Origin: Convolutriloba macropyga
Taxonomy: Eukaryota
Assembly: GCF_964194025.1 (NCBI RefSeq)
Contig: NC_134482.1
Location: forward strand, 1,240,001-1,304,000
Reading direction: 5' to 3'
DNA length: 64,000 bases
How positions within the stretch are numbered: the stretch's first letter is position 1; each line of letters begins with the position of its first letter. A model generated the notes under the pieces. That model saw nothing but the letters and a program-made list of their open reading frames with translations, did no database searches and was not told the DNA's origin. Positions 62,540-64,000 of this stretch are shown in pieces. The position numbers and the translations under genes are program-made.

Positions 62540-64000
62540 AAACGATAGCTAAATTTCCTCATGTCCTGCACTCTACCTACACAGGGGATACTCCAGACCG
62601 TTTTTGTATCAATCTGGACAACCTTGTGGCTGGAAGAAAAAGACCTATTTTTTAAACTCATTGTTCGCAATGTTCCGTATCAAAACTTATCTTTGTTTCG
62701 AAGCCAGCTGAAGCAAAAATTGCCCTTGTCCTACACTTCAACTACACAGGGGATGATCCATACTGAGTTTGGCTCAATCTGAACAATTTTTTGACCCCGA
62801 AAAGGTCCTAATTTTTAAATTTGTCATACGCAAAATTCGCAAATTACTGTATGAAAGCTGACTTTGTTCCTAGACAGGCTACAGCGAAAAGTTTTTTTTT
62901 GTCCTACACCCCACTTACACAGTAGAAACTCAATACAGAGTTTGGTCCAACCTTGACAATTTTTTCCACCCAGAGAAAGAGCCCAATTTTTGTATTCGTC
63001 ATTTGCGATGTTCACAAAGTTCCGTACGAAAACCTAATTTGTTCCTAGGCAAGCTGTGTCAGTTTTTTGTCCAACACACCACCTACACATGGGATACTCC
63101 ATGCCGAGTTTTTTTTAACTTGAACAACTTTTTGACACGATAAAAAATCTGTTTTTTAAATTCGTTTTTCGCAAAATTATGAAAGTCTAATTTTCTTGAT
63201 AGGCATGCTATAACAATTTTTTTTGTTTTACACTCTGGGTGCACATTTGAAACTCCATACTGTGTCTGGTTCGATTTGGACAACTCTTTGACCTTGTCAA
63301 AATTAACTATAGTTTAGTTTTGTTATTCTAAATAATCACAAATTTCCGTATGAGAACCTCACTTTTTTCATATACAAGCGTTACAAACATTTTTTTGGTC
63401 CTACAATCTATCTACACAGGGCACACTCCATTTCAAGTTTGGTTGGATTTGGACAACTCTATAAGCTAATCAATTCAACTATCTTTTAAAATTATTTATT
63501 CGGAAAAATCGGGAACTTCCGTATGAAAACCTGACTTATTTCTTACGCAAGCTATAGCAAATTTTTTCACAACTGTCTTACATGGGCAAGAGACACTTCA
63601 TGCCGAGTTTAGTTTGATTTAGACATTTTTATAACACAAAAAACTTTATTTTAAAATTTGTTATTCAGAAAAACCGCCCTTTTCCGTATGAATACCTAAC
63701 CTTTTTCATATGCAAGCGATAACAAAAATTCTTTTTGTCATACACTCTATCTACTCAGGGACACTCCATGTCCAGTTTGATTTGATTTTGTCAACTCTAT
63801 AAACCAATCAAAAAATATAAACCAAAAAAAAATCTATTGGGAATAATCTCAAACTTTTTTCATATGCAAGCTGTAGCAAAAATTCCTTTTGCCCTACACC
63901 CCACTTATAAAATAAATACTCAATACAGAGTTTGGTCCAATCTAGACAACTTTTTGACCCGGAGAAGGAGCCCAATTTCTGCATTTGTCATTTACAAATT
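62540..64000. repeat. Degenerate ~165-170-bp tandem repeat (satellite-like), runs off the window end
   Basis: ctacacaggg..actcca..tttgg..tggacaac..ttccgtatgaaaacct recurs at ~62578, 62742, 62914, 63083, 63413, 63578 and 63751. Confidence 0.8.

Overview
AT-rich metazoan (invertebrate-like) genomic DNA with GT-AG introns; most of the supplied ORF track is spurious or fragmentary. The left half (4901-31930, +) holds one apparently intact 5-exon, 250-aa TMEM47/PERP-like (PMP22/claudin superfamily) gene. Its introns contain an antisense, decayed multi-exon NIDO(-AMOP) gene, many non-autonomous Helentron (HINE/DINE-like) elements, a decayed protein-primed DNA polymerase B fragment that ends in a hairpin and is flanked by a 118-bp host duplication, and a LINE RT relic. 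The right half is a nested stack. A BEL/Pao LTR retrotransposon (38801-61905, minus strand, ~150-bp LTRs, GGATT target-site duplication) is interrupted by a ~12.9-kb Polinton/adintovirus-like element (42418-~55341). That element has long TIRs, integrase, packaging ATPase, major and minor capsid proteins, an adenain-type protease, and PC4-like, PLA2-like and DEDD-like genes, but no recognisable pPolB. The window ends with a MITE and a ~165-170-bp satellite. All assignments come from manual translation and motif recognition; no database search was run.
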